DNA of 62,673 nucleotides, filler included, from Hausera hauseri (Eukaryota): the NCBI GenBank assembly GCA_046269625.1. It is 11 parts of 11 records of this genome, joined end to end, with 100 filler letters (N's around TTAATTAATTAA, not from the genome) between each part and the next. Parts side by side here need not be neighbours in the genome. Positions count along the whole stretch, not along the records: positions 1 to 4,429 come from JBJURY010586667.1; positions 4,530 to 8,662 come from JBJURY010740764.1; positions 8,763 to 13,557 come from JBJURY010433916.1; 8 more parts are not named here. One strand, 5' to 3'. The notes beneath the pieces were generated by a model, which had not been told where the DNA came from, ran no database searches, and saw only the letters and a program-made list of their open reading frames with translations. Numbering within the stretch: the stretch's first letter is position 1; the number at the start of each line of letters is the position of its first letter. The translations under genes were made by a program, and so were the position numbers. This document shows positions 1-11,595 of this stretch, piece by piece.

Positions 1-2
1 GA

Positions 3-779
3 AGAATGTCTCGAAAAGGTTCGATTGCGCGAAGTACGACTGCTTCTTTGAGGTATTGAAAGGTCACTTAGTTGTGATGTGATAGATGAAATTGCTTGTT
101 GGAGCGCATCAAACTGTTTTTGCATTGTCTGCATTTGTTGTGCAAGTAAGGTGTTGTCTAAAGGTGTGTGAATGGTTGCAGCTGCTACTGGCTGTGAATT
201 GTTGGATTGAAGAATGTCGAAACTCTTATCCGCTAGTAGTGCAAGTTTTTCAATGGGTGTAGACTCATCAACTACCGTAAGTAGAGCTCGAATGGATGTT
301 GGCAGGGAAGACAGAAAATAACGACGAAGAAGGTCGGAATTATTGGTAGGAGTCACTCCCAAAGAACTAAGCTGGGAAATTGCGGTCTTGAGGAAATCAG
401 ATGGTTTAAGATTCCCAATAGCATGTTCATTGAAGTACTTTTGGATAATGCTGTCGATTGAAGGATCGGTGATGTGAAGAACCGACTCGTACAGCATGTC
501 ATACGGGCTGGAAGAAGACAAAATATCAGCTAGATTGGTAATCTGCTGCTTGATGTTGGCTGGCAGTAATAAAAGCAAACTGTTAGCACGCAGAAATGCG
601 TCTGTAATGTGATTTGATTTAAGCCACTGTAAATGAAATTGCAACCGCGTGCGAGTAGAGTTTGTTTTGTCGAGAAAGAAGTCGGTGCAAGGGATATTTG
701 GGGATGGTAAAGTAGTGATGTCTGCAAAGCTCAGACCAGATCTGGTTTTCGACAGGTTTTCAGAAGGATCAGGATCTGA
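3..779 (-). mobile_element. gag: Gag N-terminal/capsid region of a CsRn1-like Ty3/gypsy element (runs off window)
   Basis: WLKSNHITDAFLRANSLLLLLP...ITDPSIDSIIQKYFNEHAIGNLKPSDFL...FLSSLPTSIRALLTVVDE..IEKLALLADKS aligns to the Gag ORFs 55885-56214/55337-55921, 37506-38147 and 10964-11215, which lie upstream of pol. Confidence 0.9.
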
Positions 780-3700
780 TCCCCCACGAATACGAAAATG
801 AATTTTAAGATATAAGGTGTATTTTCCGGATGAGGAAGATGGTAGAGAGTTATAAAGGGACAGAGTTAAACCATTGTGAGTAAGACAAAAGTCAGAAAAA
901 TCTAGGAGAAAGATCAATTGTGAATAAAGTTCATGTACCATGATTTTTTTAATGACATTTAATGTGAGAACATGGGTATTGTTGCAGAAAATAAGAAGGG
1001 TGAGGCGATGCGGTACCACGGGCATGGTCGCGGCCAGCTCCCCAGCCGGCAAATCCCTTGTATTTAGAATATGATTTATCGATGAGGAGTAGACGTTCCA
1101 GAATTTAAATGAATAAATATAGAAATGGTTATCATAATTACCTCGTGTTGTATGGTCTGAACTGGTCAAGCAGTACGGGGTAGGAGTGTCTGATAAATCA
1201 ATAATTTCAAACGCTACAAATTCGGTTTGAGTACTGGTCTCATTACGGTTATTTTCTTGAGCTGGGAAATTTATACAGGAAGGACTGTCCAATTCATCGA
1301 TGTCAACCGGCTGATGGGGTATGTTATCAACAGTCTTCAAACAGCAAATATAATTGTCATAATCAACCGGAATATGATTTCGAAAACAAGTGGTACACCA
1401 TTTAAATCGCCGTTGAAGAACAATGGATGAATCGCTGCAGTTGCGCAATTTCAGACACGCGTACGATTCGTCAAAAGATACAGGACTAATAGGACTTTCT
1501 GTATTTTCGTCATCGTTAAGATTCAGATTCTTTGCCAAATTACTGATGACACCAGATACATGTTGACTAAATTGTAATTGGTGGAGATCATCATGTGAAA
1601 GAGAATCTTGAGAAATAAGATCAAATTTCATAGGTTTTAGTATTGGAGTTGATGTACAGGCAGTACAAGTAATAGGAATAACGTCGGAATCAGAATCAGA
1701 TGAATCGAATGAATTACTAGAATTAGAAGAGCTACTAGATGGTTGGCGAATCATATTTGCCTTTGGACTACTATGCGATCGTTTTGTAATGTGATCTAAC
1801 CATCTTTGTTGAATTGATTTTTCCTTAAAATGAATTTGTGTCACTGTGGCCTGTAAAAGATGTAGTAGAATTAATTCATAAGGAAAACTGGTATCTTTCA
1901 TTCGTTGACTAGTAACATGAACTTTGTCTAAGGTAATTAAGGGGAAAATTTTGCACACTTGATTTAAGGATTTAATATTTTTCAATAAATATTTGTCGTT
2001 TTGCTTTGAACATGTCACTAATTGCAATGGACTGTCTTGTTTCACTTCCTTTTTATATTTTATGTTTTCTGAAACAAATGATTTTAATAATACTCTATCA
2101 GGTTTCAAACTGTGAGACTGCTCTGGTATACTATCAATATAATTAAGTCTTGGTCGAGCTTCTTCCGGTAAATTTAAAGCCAGAAGTTTCAAAAGGTCTT
2201 TTTCTATATTGGAAATATTAAAATGTTTATTTTTGAGTGAATAAAACGCAACAAGAAAATTATTCGTTACACCATTGACATGTATCGTAAAACAATTTTC
2301 AATTTCTTGATGGCTCAGAATGCATGAATTGATTTCGTTTGTAAATATTTTTTTTCCATTTACTTTTATCATATCATCAATTCTTCCACAAACAAATAGT
2401 CTACTGTTGTCAATGAAACCCATGTCACCTGTATGAAATGTTGGGCCACATGATAGTAAGACATTATTACCGATAATAATAATTTCATAATTCCCATCAT
2501 TGTCAATTTGCTGCAAATGTACGGAGTTATTTGGAATAGGAAATCCAACTGACAAACAATCATTTTTTGTTAATTTAATAACATCATCATGAGTGTAAAA
2601 TATATCGAAACAAACATCTCCGCAGACTTCCGTTGATCCGTAACGATTGACTAATTTACACTCCAGAGTACCAGATATATTCATTACACGTTGAGCTAAC
2701 TGTGGAGATAACACTTCTCCACTGCTTATCAGCGTTTTCAACGAAGACAAATTTTTTAGTAAATGGTATCTTTCTTCAATTTCATTAATCCATCTCAATA
2801 ACAATGATGGAACACATAGTAGCCACGTAGCATTATAAAATTGAATCAAATTTGCTAAATTTGTTGTGTCACAAGCATCCAACTGAGATACAATCAATAT
2901 TGTTTTTGTAGCCAAAAGGCAACTCAGAGTTTCAATAATATTATCGACAAACATGAATCCGGTCCTGTGACAAATGATGTAGTTTTCTTCAAAAGGCAAA
3001 TACCGACATTGCCAAAAAAGACGATTAAATATTTGTTTGTGAGTCAGAATTACTGTTTTCGGTCGTCCGTTACTACCTGATGTATACAAAAGAACTACGG
3101 GATAATTACAATTGTACGGGATTAAAATTTCATTTGGTAGCAGATTGCAATTGATTATTTTCGATTCATCAGAATGCTGAATACCAGTACACAGAATGGT
3201 ATCGTAAAAGTACCAAAACGTTTCGTATTTTTTGGATTTTATCCAGTTTACAAAATATTTCTTGCTCTTTTCAATACATTCACGATATTCAAATTTGCAA
3301 GCAATTGTCATGACAAATTGGTCTTTCAATTTGTTATTTGTAGTATGGTCGTCTTTTATTCCGACCCACTTAATTTCTTCAAATGGCTTACGTACTAATT
3401 GACGAACATATTTGCTGAATTTCTGCTTAAAATATGGATCGCCAGAAACTGAATTTAAAACGTCGAAGTATTCAGATACACAACGCCAAATGATTGATTC
3501 CTTTTCATTTGGCAAGTATTCAAATAAATCAAAAATTAATTCTGGGTCTTCAAGTTGACCGTGACTAAACGAATAAAATAAGTCATCCACAAATTGCAGC
3601 CTTGATAATGCTGGAATGGCCAAATACTTTGATTGCAACTGGTAGATTATATTCTGCACATTTCTTGTGTCGTATTTGATTCTAAGAAATCCAATTTTAT

Positions 3701-4427
3701 CCGGATTGAATATTATCCAGTCATCAGATTTCATTGGACTCGTTAACGTAATAATACCACGTCTTTTATAAAACCAGTTGATATCTTGACTCTCCAATGT
3801 AGTATCACCTTTTCTGATGCAAGTAAGTGGAACGGGCCACACATTATCAAAATTTTCCTCTGTACTACCATATTGAGTAATGTTCAAATGGTTTTCATCG
3901 AATGTCTCAATTTCCACAATTGGAAATCCAATTAGAATTTCCCATGGTGTAATTATTTTATATACATTTGTGTTGTGAAAGATCCCATCAATGTATAACC
4001 AGAAGTCGCTCGTAGACATTGGCTTTTTTTTCTGATCATCCATTAAAACCTGCATGGCGCGTTGAAAATTCTCAGATCCGAGATATTTTTCTACCATTCT
4101 GATCATTGCATAGCCTTTTAGAAAGCCCACGTCGTCAAAAAATTTCTCCACTTCTTGTGGATCGTGGGGGTACACTGACAAACTATGCGTGCTTTGTGAC
4201 CCATCAATGTACAGACCAAGGATTGTTTCTCTGTAAATTCTGTCAATTTCCACACTTGATCGTCCCTTTGCTTTTCCTTCCATGAAGCATGTCAGAGCTT
4301 CTAACAGCCATAGAGAATCAAACCAATCAATTTTAAGATTATTTCCTATCCACAAATGTGCTATTTCATGTACAATTGTGTTTTTCTTAATCTGATTGCC
4401 TCTCACATCATTTTTATCGACTGTGAG
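3..4427 (-). CDS. Partial chimeric polyprotein: M1 aminopeptidase - Ebony-like adenylation domain - PH-like domain - Ser/Asp-rich linker - UBL(RGG) - gypsy Gag
   Basis: Manual translation of the minus frame with codons starting at 4427, 4424 and so on finds no stop in 1475 codons. It is open at both ends (spacer at 5', window edge at 3'), which is probably why the ORF track omits it. Confidence 0.9.
780..1004 (-). CDS. Ubiquitin-like domain with C-terminal di-Gly (copy 1)
   Basis: 75 aa LTLLIFCNNTHVLTLNVIKKIMVHELYSQLIFLLDFSDFCLTHNGLTLSLYNSLPSSSSGKYTLYLKIHFRIRGG. GG codons at 780-785. Homologous to copies at 11596, 38567 and 56367. Confidence 0.75.
1782..2030 (-). CDS. PH-domain-like fragment, part of the polyprotein
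   Basis: LQLVTCSK..KYLLK..FPLITLDKVHV...YELILL...IHFKEKSIQQRWLDHITK. Beta-strand pattern followed by a C-terminal helix with Trp, as in PH domains. Pattern recognition only. Confidence 0.5.
2082..3101 (-). CDS. Ebony / beta-alanyl-amine NRPS-type adenylation domain (motifs A3-A10), part of the polyprotein
   Basis: LLYTSGSNGRPK, NRLFWQ, FVDNI (Ebony-type FVD), SSGEVL, NRYGSTEVCGDV, VGFPIPN, FHTGDMG, GRIDDMIKVNG, SLKPDR. No N-terminal subdomain start and no thiolation domain. Confidence 0.88.
3165..4427 (-). CDS. M1-family aminopeptidase fragment (zinc site plus start of ERAP1-like C-terminal region), part of the polyprotein
   Basis: HEIAH-x18-E zinc motif (TIVHEIAHLWIGNNLKIDWFDSLWLLE; HEIAH at 4356-4370), plus LKGYAMIRM, GFPIV, WPVPLT, WIIFNPDKIGFLRIKYD and SRLQFVDD. 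No introns. Confidence 0.92.
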
Positions 4428-4429
4428 CA

Positions 4430-4529
4430 NNNNNNNNNNNNNNNNNNNNNNNNNNNNNNNNNNNNNNNNNNNNTTAATTAATTAANNNNNNNNNNNNNNN
4501 NNNNNNNNNNNNNNNNNNNNNNNNNNNNN
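4430..4529. other. Artificial contig spacer (first of ten)
   Basis: N44-TTAATTAATTAA-N44, which has stops in all six frames. Identical spacers at 4430, 8663, 13558, 19338, 28007, 33491, 41401, 47645, 52175 and 56891 (100 bp each). Neighbouring contigs are therefore not physically linked. Confidence 0.99.
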
Positions 4530-4585
4530 ACTTAAAAAAAACATTGGCAACATTAGCAGTGCTGTCTACAATGTTTAAAATATAC

Positions 4586-4682
4586 CTTTCTGAGAAATGT
4601 CGCTACGCAACAGTCCAAGCTCTAAAGTCAGCCCTTCTATCTTCTCCTTCATGGTATCCAGTTCAATTTGCAAGCTTTCAGC
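4586..4682 (-). CDS. DCTN1: Single internal exon, dynactin subunit 1 (p150Glued)-like
   Basis: Bounded by ttttgtag| and |gtatat. Encodes AESLQIELDTMKEKIEGLTLELGLLRSDISQK(G), matching the DCTN1 coiled coil ([33 protein letters not shown]). Confidence 0.75.
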
Positions 4683-5479
4683 CTACAAAAAAATCCAAAC
4701 ATACAGCACTTTAATGAATGTTCTTGTTTGATCTCCACATCACCGAGCGTCAGCTGTTATGGATGAGCCCTGTCATGGGCTGTAGTCCTAAGAAGGACTT
4801 AGGAGTAGTTGTGTTGAGCATTCCTGATGTCCCAGTGGTGTCTAGTAGGGAAGGTCCTGCAGGTTTTAGTGCAATGCTTGGCCTCCTAGAAGTGATCCAC
4901 CTCTCAAATGGGAACCATGGTGATCATTCCAGCATTGGCCAGAATTTCTTCTGTTTCCAGAACACACTGCATGGAAGTGATGAGAGGTCTTGGCCAGTAT
5001 CTTGGCCCTGGCCTTGATGAAGCGATCTCAGTGTCTATAATGAATGTTAAAATATAGCCAATCTGGTTCTGGACAAAGAAGATGTTTACAATGCTACTCT
5101 GCACTTATAAAATTGCTGGAAGTAAGTGCAGAGATGTAAGTGCTATAATATGAAGAAAAGTTAATGTTGCCATTATTAAACACAACATGCCTGAGAAACA
5201 TTCGAAGAGGGATGATTTACGCACAATAAGAAAAAACTGTGAAGATGGATCAGATATGTCCTCAGAAAAGATCTGGATGACATTACCCAGCATAAAAACA
5301 GTGAAAGTAGAGATGAACAAAATGCAACAGACCAAAAAATGTGCTGTTGCACTATAAAACACAATGTGTGCTGAATGATGCCTGCTTTCATACTTTACCC
5401 ATAGGCACATGATGATAAATAACCCATGTTAATTTAAGTGTGCCTGAGCGAAATGTTGGGAAAATCTCTGTATACTTAG

Positions 5480-7700
5480 GTTAGAGTATGCAGTCATATG
5501 TTTCAATTCAGAGATGCAATAAAGAAACATGAGACAGGTCTAGCCATTTGCATCTCTACATCCCTCTAGTTTAATCGTAGCTGTGACCTTGAACTAACGG
5601 ATGTAGAGTGTGTTTGGCTGGAATTGAAACCTCCTAATGTCAAACCAATCTTAATAGGATACGTATACAGAAACCCCGGTTCACCAGCCGTGTGGTTTGA
5701 CTCGTTCGCTAAAATGATGGACAAGGTCTGGGAATCACCAAATGAAATTATTCTGCTTGGTGACTTTAATATAGACCTTCACAAACAAAACACTACATGG
5801 AATAACATTGCGCTCTCATACAACCTCACACAGTTAGTCAAGCAGTCCACTAGAGTTACAGATACATCATCAACACTCATTGATCATATATACACAACAT
5901 GCGCGGAGAACATAACAGAGTGCTATGTCATACAAACAGCAATGAGTGACCACTATCCTGTTTGTTGTACATGGTCAAAAAGGGGATTCAAACCACCTAA
6001 ACAAGAACACACCACCGTGAGCTTCAGAAGCTTCAAATATTTTAATCTACCTTTTTTCTTAAATGACTTACAATGTGCACCTCTATCGTTTGTGTATCAG
6101 CTTCCAGATCCCGATGATGCCATAACATACTGGACTCAAACGTTTCGACGAATTTTTGACAAACACGTTCCACAAAAGCAAGTGCGTGTTAAAAACGCCC
6201 AAAAGTCACCGTGGATCACCAATGAAGTTCTTGAAACCATGAGGGAAAGAGATAAGGCGCACAAACAGAAGGACTTCACAACGTACAGAATGTTGCGAAA
6301 TAAGGTACAATATCTAATTCGTCAGGAAAAGAAACTGCACTTTACAAAGATGGTGCACAATAAAAGTAACAGCAAGAGTGTGTGGAAAGCCATAAATACA
6401 CTGACACATAAAACAAAAACACAGAGTGTGCCAAACAGATGCTCCATTACAGCTGAACAGTTTAGTTACCATTTTAAGACAGAAATAAACAACCTGAAAT
6501 CATCTATAGAACACACTGATTGCGATATGAGTACCGGTAATCTAACAGACTTCTACAACAACAAACACGACACAAAGATACTAGGGCAGATCCCCTTTCT
6601 AACAGTCCATGAGGTCTTTCAACATCTCACGTCACTCAAGAACAACAACTCCTCTGGACTGGATGGGATAAGCAATATAATATTACGCCACGCAGCGCCT
6701 GTCATTTGTGACTCGTTAACGTACATATACAACCAATGTATTGCTTATAACTACTTTCCCGCACCTTTTAAAATTGCAAAAGTGTACCCCCTCCACAAGT
6801 CAGGATCACATAATGATCCAAACAACTAAAGACCTATTTCACTCTTATCGTTTCTATCAAAGCCACAAGAAACACATTTACAACACTACATTACAACACG
6901 TAACAACAAATGAGCTTTTGCATGAAAACCAATCGGGTTTCAGACACAAACATTCATGCCACACTTCTCTTACTAAAATTGTGGACAACTAGCTGTCTGA
7001 TATAAACAATAGTAGAGTATGTGGCGCTGTCTTTGTTGATTTCAAGAAGGCCTTCTATATGGTTGACCACACAATATTGATGGAATAATTGGGGAAAATC
7101 ATGCTAGGCCAGCCACTGTTGGATTTTTTTTAGATCATTTCTGACAGACAGACAGCAGCAAGTATTTCATAACCACTCCATGTCACCACTGTTGATCATG
7201 GTGTCACCTGACAGACAGACAGCAGCAAGTATTTCATAATCACTCCATGTCACCACTGTTGATTATGGTGTCCCCTGACAGACAGACAGCAGCAAGTATT
7301 TCATAACCACTCCATGTCAGGCTGTACCACTGTTGATACTGGTGTCCCCTGACAGATAGACATCAACAAGTATGTCACAATCACTGCATGTCAGGCTATG
7401 CCACTGTTGATACTGGTGTCCCCCAAGGCTCCATCCTTGGACCTATACTTTTCTCTGTATACATAAATGGCTTCCCGCTACATTTTACAGTTTCAACCTG
7501 CGGCCTGTTTGCAGACGACTGCACCATATACACAAGCGAAACAGACTGTCAAACTCTATGAAATTCACTACAGTTGAACATACTTTCCACTTGCTGTAAA
7601 ATGAATCATGTGACTATAAATATTTGAAAAACAAAATCAATGATGATCACGACTAGACAAACGTTTCAAATCAAACTCTACCAAATCAAACACTACCAAT
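5480..7700 (+). mobile_element. CR1/L2-group LINE ORF2 (AP endonuclease plus RT), decayed
   Basis: ORF 5624-6829 has YRNP, LLGDFN, TLIDHIY, SDHYPV and SSGLDGI. Downstream frameshifted QSGFR, GVPQGSILGP (~7416-7445) and FADD (~7508). Ends approximate. Confidence 0.9.
7141..7422 (+). repeat. Four-copy tandem duplication (67-74 bp unit) inside the LINE RT
   Basis: Unit CTGACAGACAGACAGCAGCAAGTATTTCATAA...CCACTGTTGAT..GGTGTC starts at 7141, 7208, 7275 and 7349. Confidence 0.92.
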
Positions 7701-8485
7701 CCTTGGAACTTTACACAACTGATGTATAAAAATAAGGTGCCGGTGTGAGTACCAAGTGAAGCGTGGGAATAGAAATATAAGCGATGACAGAAGTGTTGAG
7801 ATGCTGGTTGACCACATGCAGCCACGGCGTCGGATTCACAGAGTATTCTGTCAAAGCCAGCCTACACGTTAGATGGCATCGTTTCCTCTTGATCGTTCGC
7901 ATGATGAAAGCATTACGTGGATGCACTGAAGGGTCATTATGCTATGAGTGGAAAGGACAAAGTAGACTGCTGGATGGATGAAACATTTTCAATAAAAAGC
8001 ACGTTCAGAACGAATAAAGTAGATACTGAGAGACGTAGCCTCAAAAATTCGTACCAGAGAAATTCTTTGGGAAAGTAAAAATGGCATAGGGTTGTGCTGA
8101 CAATATCATCCACGCATGTGCCGGTGTCGAGGGTAAAAATGTGAACACTAACACCACATTTCCATATACACCTGCCTGTATGCGTGAAATTGACGTTACT
8201 TGATGAGGGTCGTGTGGGAGACATTACAGTTACATAAGAATTCGTAGATGCAGAATGCAAATAAGAGGAGAATAATGGAGATGAAAGAACGAATGATAAT
8301 ACGGAAGGAACTACATCCTGGCATATCATACAAGGCTGAACTTAATTCAATGTGTAACTGGTCAAGGTTAATATGAAAACTCTTCGGTGAATCTAGGAAT
8401 GGCAGCGGAGGAGATACGGCAGTGTCCCAAATGCAGCGAGGTTATGTCCATAACACATTACCACATACACACACACTGAGGTGTA

Positions 8486-8630
8486 CAGTACCCAAAAATT
8501 GTACTCAAGTAAGAGTAGCACTGCTTCAACATATTTTTGCTCAAGTAAAAGTAGCCATCGAAGAAGAGACTCATGCAAGGGTAAAACATTATTTGGTAAA
8601 AAGGCTACTCAAGGATTGAGTCACTGATAA
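8486..8630 (+). repeat. Teleost-type non-autonomous hAT-like repeat fragment
   Basis: Repeated (T)ACTCAAGTAA(A/G)AGTA motifs typical of subterminal repeats of fish hAT elements, from recall. Confidence 0.55.
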
Positions 8631-8762
8631 AGATATTAATGTTTTACTGTATACAATTACATNNNNNNNNNNNNNNNNNNNNNNNNNNNNNNNNNNNNNN
8701 NNNNNNTTAATTAATTAANNNNNNNNNNNNNNNNNNNNNNNNNNNNNNNNNNNNNNNNNNNN

Positions 8763-11595
8763 GTATGTACCGACTCGAAACGGGATGTGCAAGGGAAATG
8801 ATACAGTGGTGGCTTCAAATGCTTGATGGTTTTAAATTTTTGGCAGGCCACACATACTTTGACCCAAGTTTGCACATCAAAACGTATAGTCGGCCAGATT
8901 ACTTGCTGGTGAAGCAAGCGAAAAGTCGCCTTAGCACCAGGATGGTGTAGTGAATGTACGCTGTTGAATGCCTGTTTTTGCAAGGCAGAAGCTAAGATTA
9001 TTGTAGACTTTCCCGGTTTAGATGTGTCGTAAGCCACTTCGTTAATGATATTGTAAGATCGAAAAGATTTAAGCATGTCCAAAGGTGGTTGTTTTCCTTG
9101 CAGCTGGTCTGGTGTGAAAATAGGCTTAAAATGAATAGAGCTACGGATCTTGAAAGAAAGTCGGTGACTAAGTTATTTACACCGTTAATATGTTTGATCT
9201 CGAAATTGAACGTCGATAAGTATGAGATTTGTCGTTTCTGCGGAAATGATAGGTGTTTCATTGTCATTATGTTGATTAAAGGTTTGTGGTCGGTCTGTAT
9301 GGTAAAGTGGATGCGTCTGTAGTGAGGATCAGCTGTGCATCATGCTTGAGAAAAGCTAATATTTCGACAGTTTTTAAACCTTTTCTTAGCTTTTCCAATT
9401 TGTTTACTAGTTCAGGAGTCCATTGTATTGGCTGGTGTTTTTTTCCCACTACTGAGATGAGCAAATGGTGCCGTATGTTCGACGCAGTACGGCACATACT
9501 TGTGGACGAAGTGCAAAGTGCCCAAAAAACTCCTCATTTCTGTTGTTGTACGAGGTAGCTACACGTTTTTTAGGGCTTTATCTCGATCATGCTGAGGCGA
9601 GTGGCTTTCGGAAGAAACAATGTGACCAAGAAAATTTATACGCTTCTGGAAAAGTGACATTTGGCGAAATTAATCTGCAGGTTATGCTGGTGTAAACGTT
9701 GAAAGATTGATCTGAGGTGTTTTTCGTGTTGTTGGGTTGAAGAAGAAACAATCAATATGTCATCGATATAGGGATGAGCATATGGAAAATCAGAAAGAAT
9801 AGCATCGATGTGGCGTTGAAAGGGCTGCTCAGCGTTCCGCAGTCCGAAAGGCATGTACAGATATTCATAAAGTCCAAAAAAAGTAGTGACGGCTGTTTTT
9901 TCGATATCTTCAGGTGTTACAGGAATTTTGCAGTAGGCTTTGGATAAATTAATGTTAGAATAAATTGTTGAGTAATTGGGACGGTGTAAGATATGCTTAA
10001 TGAGTGGCAGCGGTTTGTGTAACGGTTTTTTTAATATCGATTTTAGATTTTCATTCACCCGCACCGCAGACGAAATGGTATCGACATGGTCGAATCGGTC
10101 CTTATTACAACCACTTGTTAAGCAACGTTGTTTGATATCGACAAGGAGATTATAGTTCGAAAGAAAGTCGGATCCTAAAATGGCTGTCTGGATGTTTGCA
10201 ATGGTAAACGTCCAGTGGAACGTTGGAGTAAATTTCGGAAGGGTAAAAGAAAGCCTACATGTACCGGAAACATGTAGCGGTTGTCCGGAAGCTGTGAATA
10301 GAGGTTTATTTTTGGATGAAGTGTGTTGAGTTGGAAAGGTGAGCGGCAGTAAAAAATCGCTGCACCTGAATCGATAAGGAAGTCTATGTGGCGAGTTGTG
10401 GTAACGTAGTTACTACTTTTAATGTAAATACTGTGAAAGGAAGTGTTCAGCTTGTAGAAACTGGAGAATGGCCTTCGCCAGGATTCGCCGTAAGCTCTGG
10501 CTGCTGCATTAGCTTTTTGCCAGTGATGAACATGGGCGGCTGTTAGAAGGTAAGCGAGAACGTCCTACGTTCGTATGTTGATTGTTGCTTCTAAAGGTAC
10601 AACCAGGGGTACACTTATGTGCATCATTCTTAAACTTTGCGTAGTAAATGCAAATAGTGTTATTGATGTGATACTTTTGGATGTAAAAGCGGCACCAAAT
10701 ATGACATTTTTGAGCTTTATGAGCGAACCTGTCATGGTAAAAACAGATCAGCGATCGCACAGAAGGTGACCGACCTCTGGTTATAGAGCGTGTGTGATCG
10801 GAGGCGGAACTCTTTCGTTGAGCCATATATATTTCATTTAATCTACCATTGATATTGTTTACTGTATTGTGTAGAGCTGCGTTTTCGGCTCGCAACTGTT
10901 GTATTTGATATTCTAATATGCTGTCGTTTGATGTAAGTGCTGCAGAATTGACAGGTTGCGTGTTTAGGTGCAAAATTCGTACATTTTGTCTACAAGTTCG
11001 GCTAACTTATCTAGCACCGTCGATTTCTCGACGACGGTAAGCAAGACCCTGATCTGAATCGGTAATGCGTTTAGAGAGTAACGTTGCAACAGATCGGAAT
11101 TATTTTGTTTTGCAACGCCGAGTTTTTGCAGTTGAGCGAGAGGTTCTGAGAAAATCGGATGGTTTTGTGTACCAATAGCGTTATCATTTAAGAATCGATG
11201 GATGATGGAATCCATAGGCGGTTCCGTAAGTTTTAAAACTACATTATAAAGATGGGTATACGGGTCGGATTGTTAAAATATGTCTAAAATATCGTGAAGA
11301 CAAGTCTTTACCGTGTTTGGTAAGAGACAAAGTAAACTATGAGTTATGGCTGAGAGATAAGTAGTGTTGTTAGATTGCAGCCAAAGTTTGTAAAAGTTAA
11401 GCCAGGTTTCGATGGAATTTTCCTGGTCAATAAAGTATTCTGTGCACTGAGAAGTGTGTTTGGATGGCGGAATGGAAGGTGTATAAGTGGTGAAAGTAGA
11501 TTGCGTGGTGACGGTCGCTGATTTTTGTGAAAAGTAAAAGGTGATGGTTTAGAGTTAGTTTTGTCAGTAGTGTGAATGGTGGGCGAAGAATCCAT
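8763..11595 (-). mobile_element. CsRn1-like Ty3/gypsy gag-pol, decayed (family copy 2)
   Basis: Gag with two C-x2-H..C-x3-C knuckles (10509-10973), protease FLIDSGA (~10360-10380), RT (INLSKAY, MPFGLRNA, YIDD; 9636-10064), partial RNase H (TTDAS, TDHKPL, FLSR) and integrase H-H-C-C (8763-9082). Confidence 0.93.

Noticed and set aside
530-3398. Short ORF-track calls (530-727, 1227-1430, 2369-2563, 3174-3398) as genes
   Set aside because: They are off-frame or antisense shadows of the long minus-strand frame.
3-4427. Polyprotein as a random chimeric-read artefact
   Set aside because: Several junctions are all co-oriented and in frame with no stop in 1475 codons, and the architecture recurs with different cargo in contigs 3 and 7. 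Considered unlikely but not excluded, since other contigs look chimeric.
7141-7422. CRISPR-like array
   Set aside because: Units are contiguous duplicates of RT coding DNA with no unique spacers, no cas genes and a eukaryotic context.
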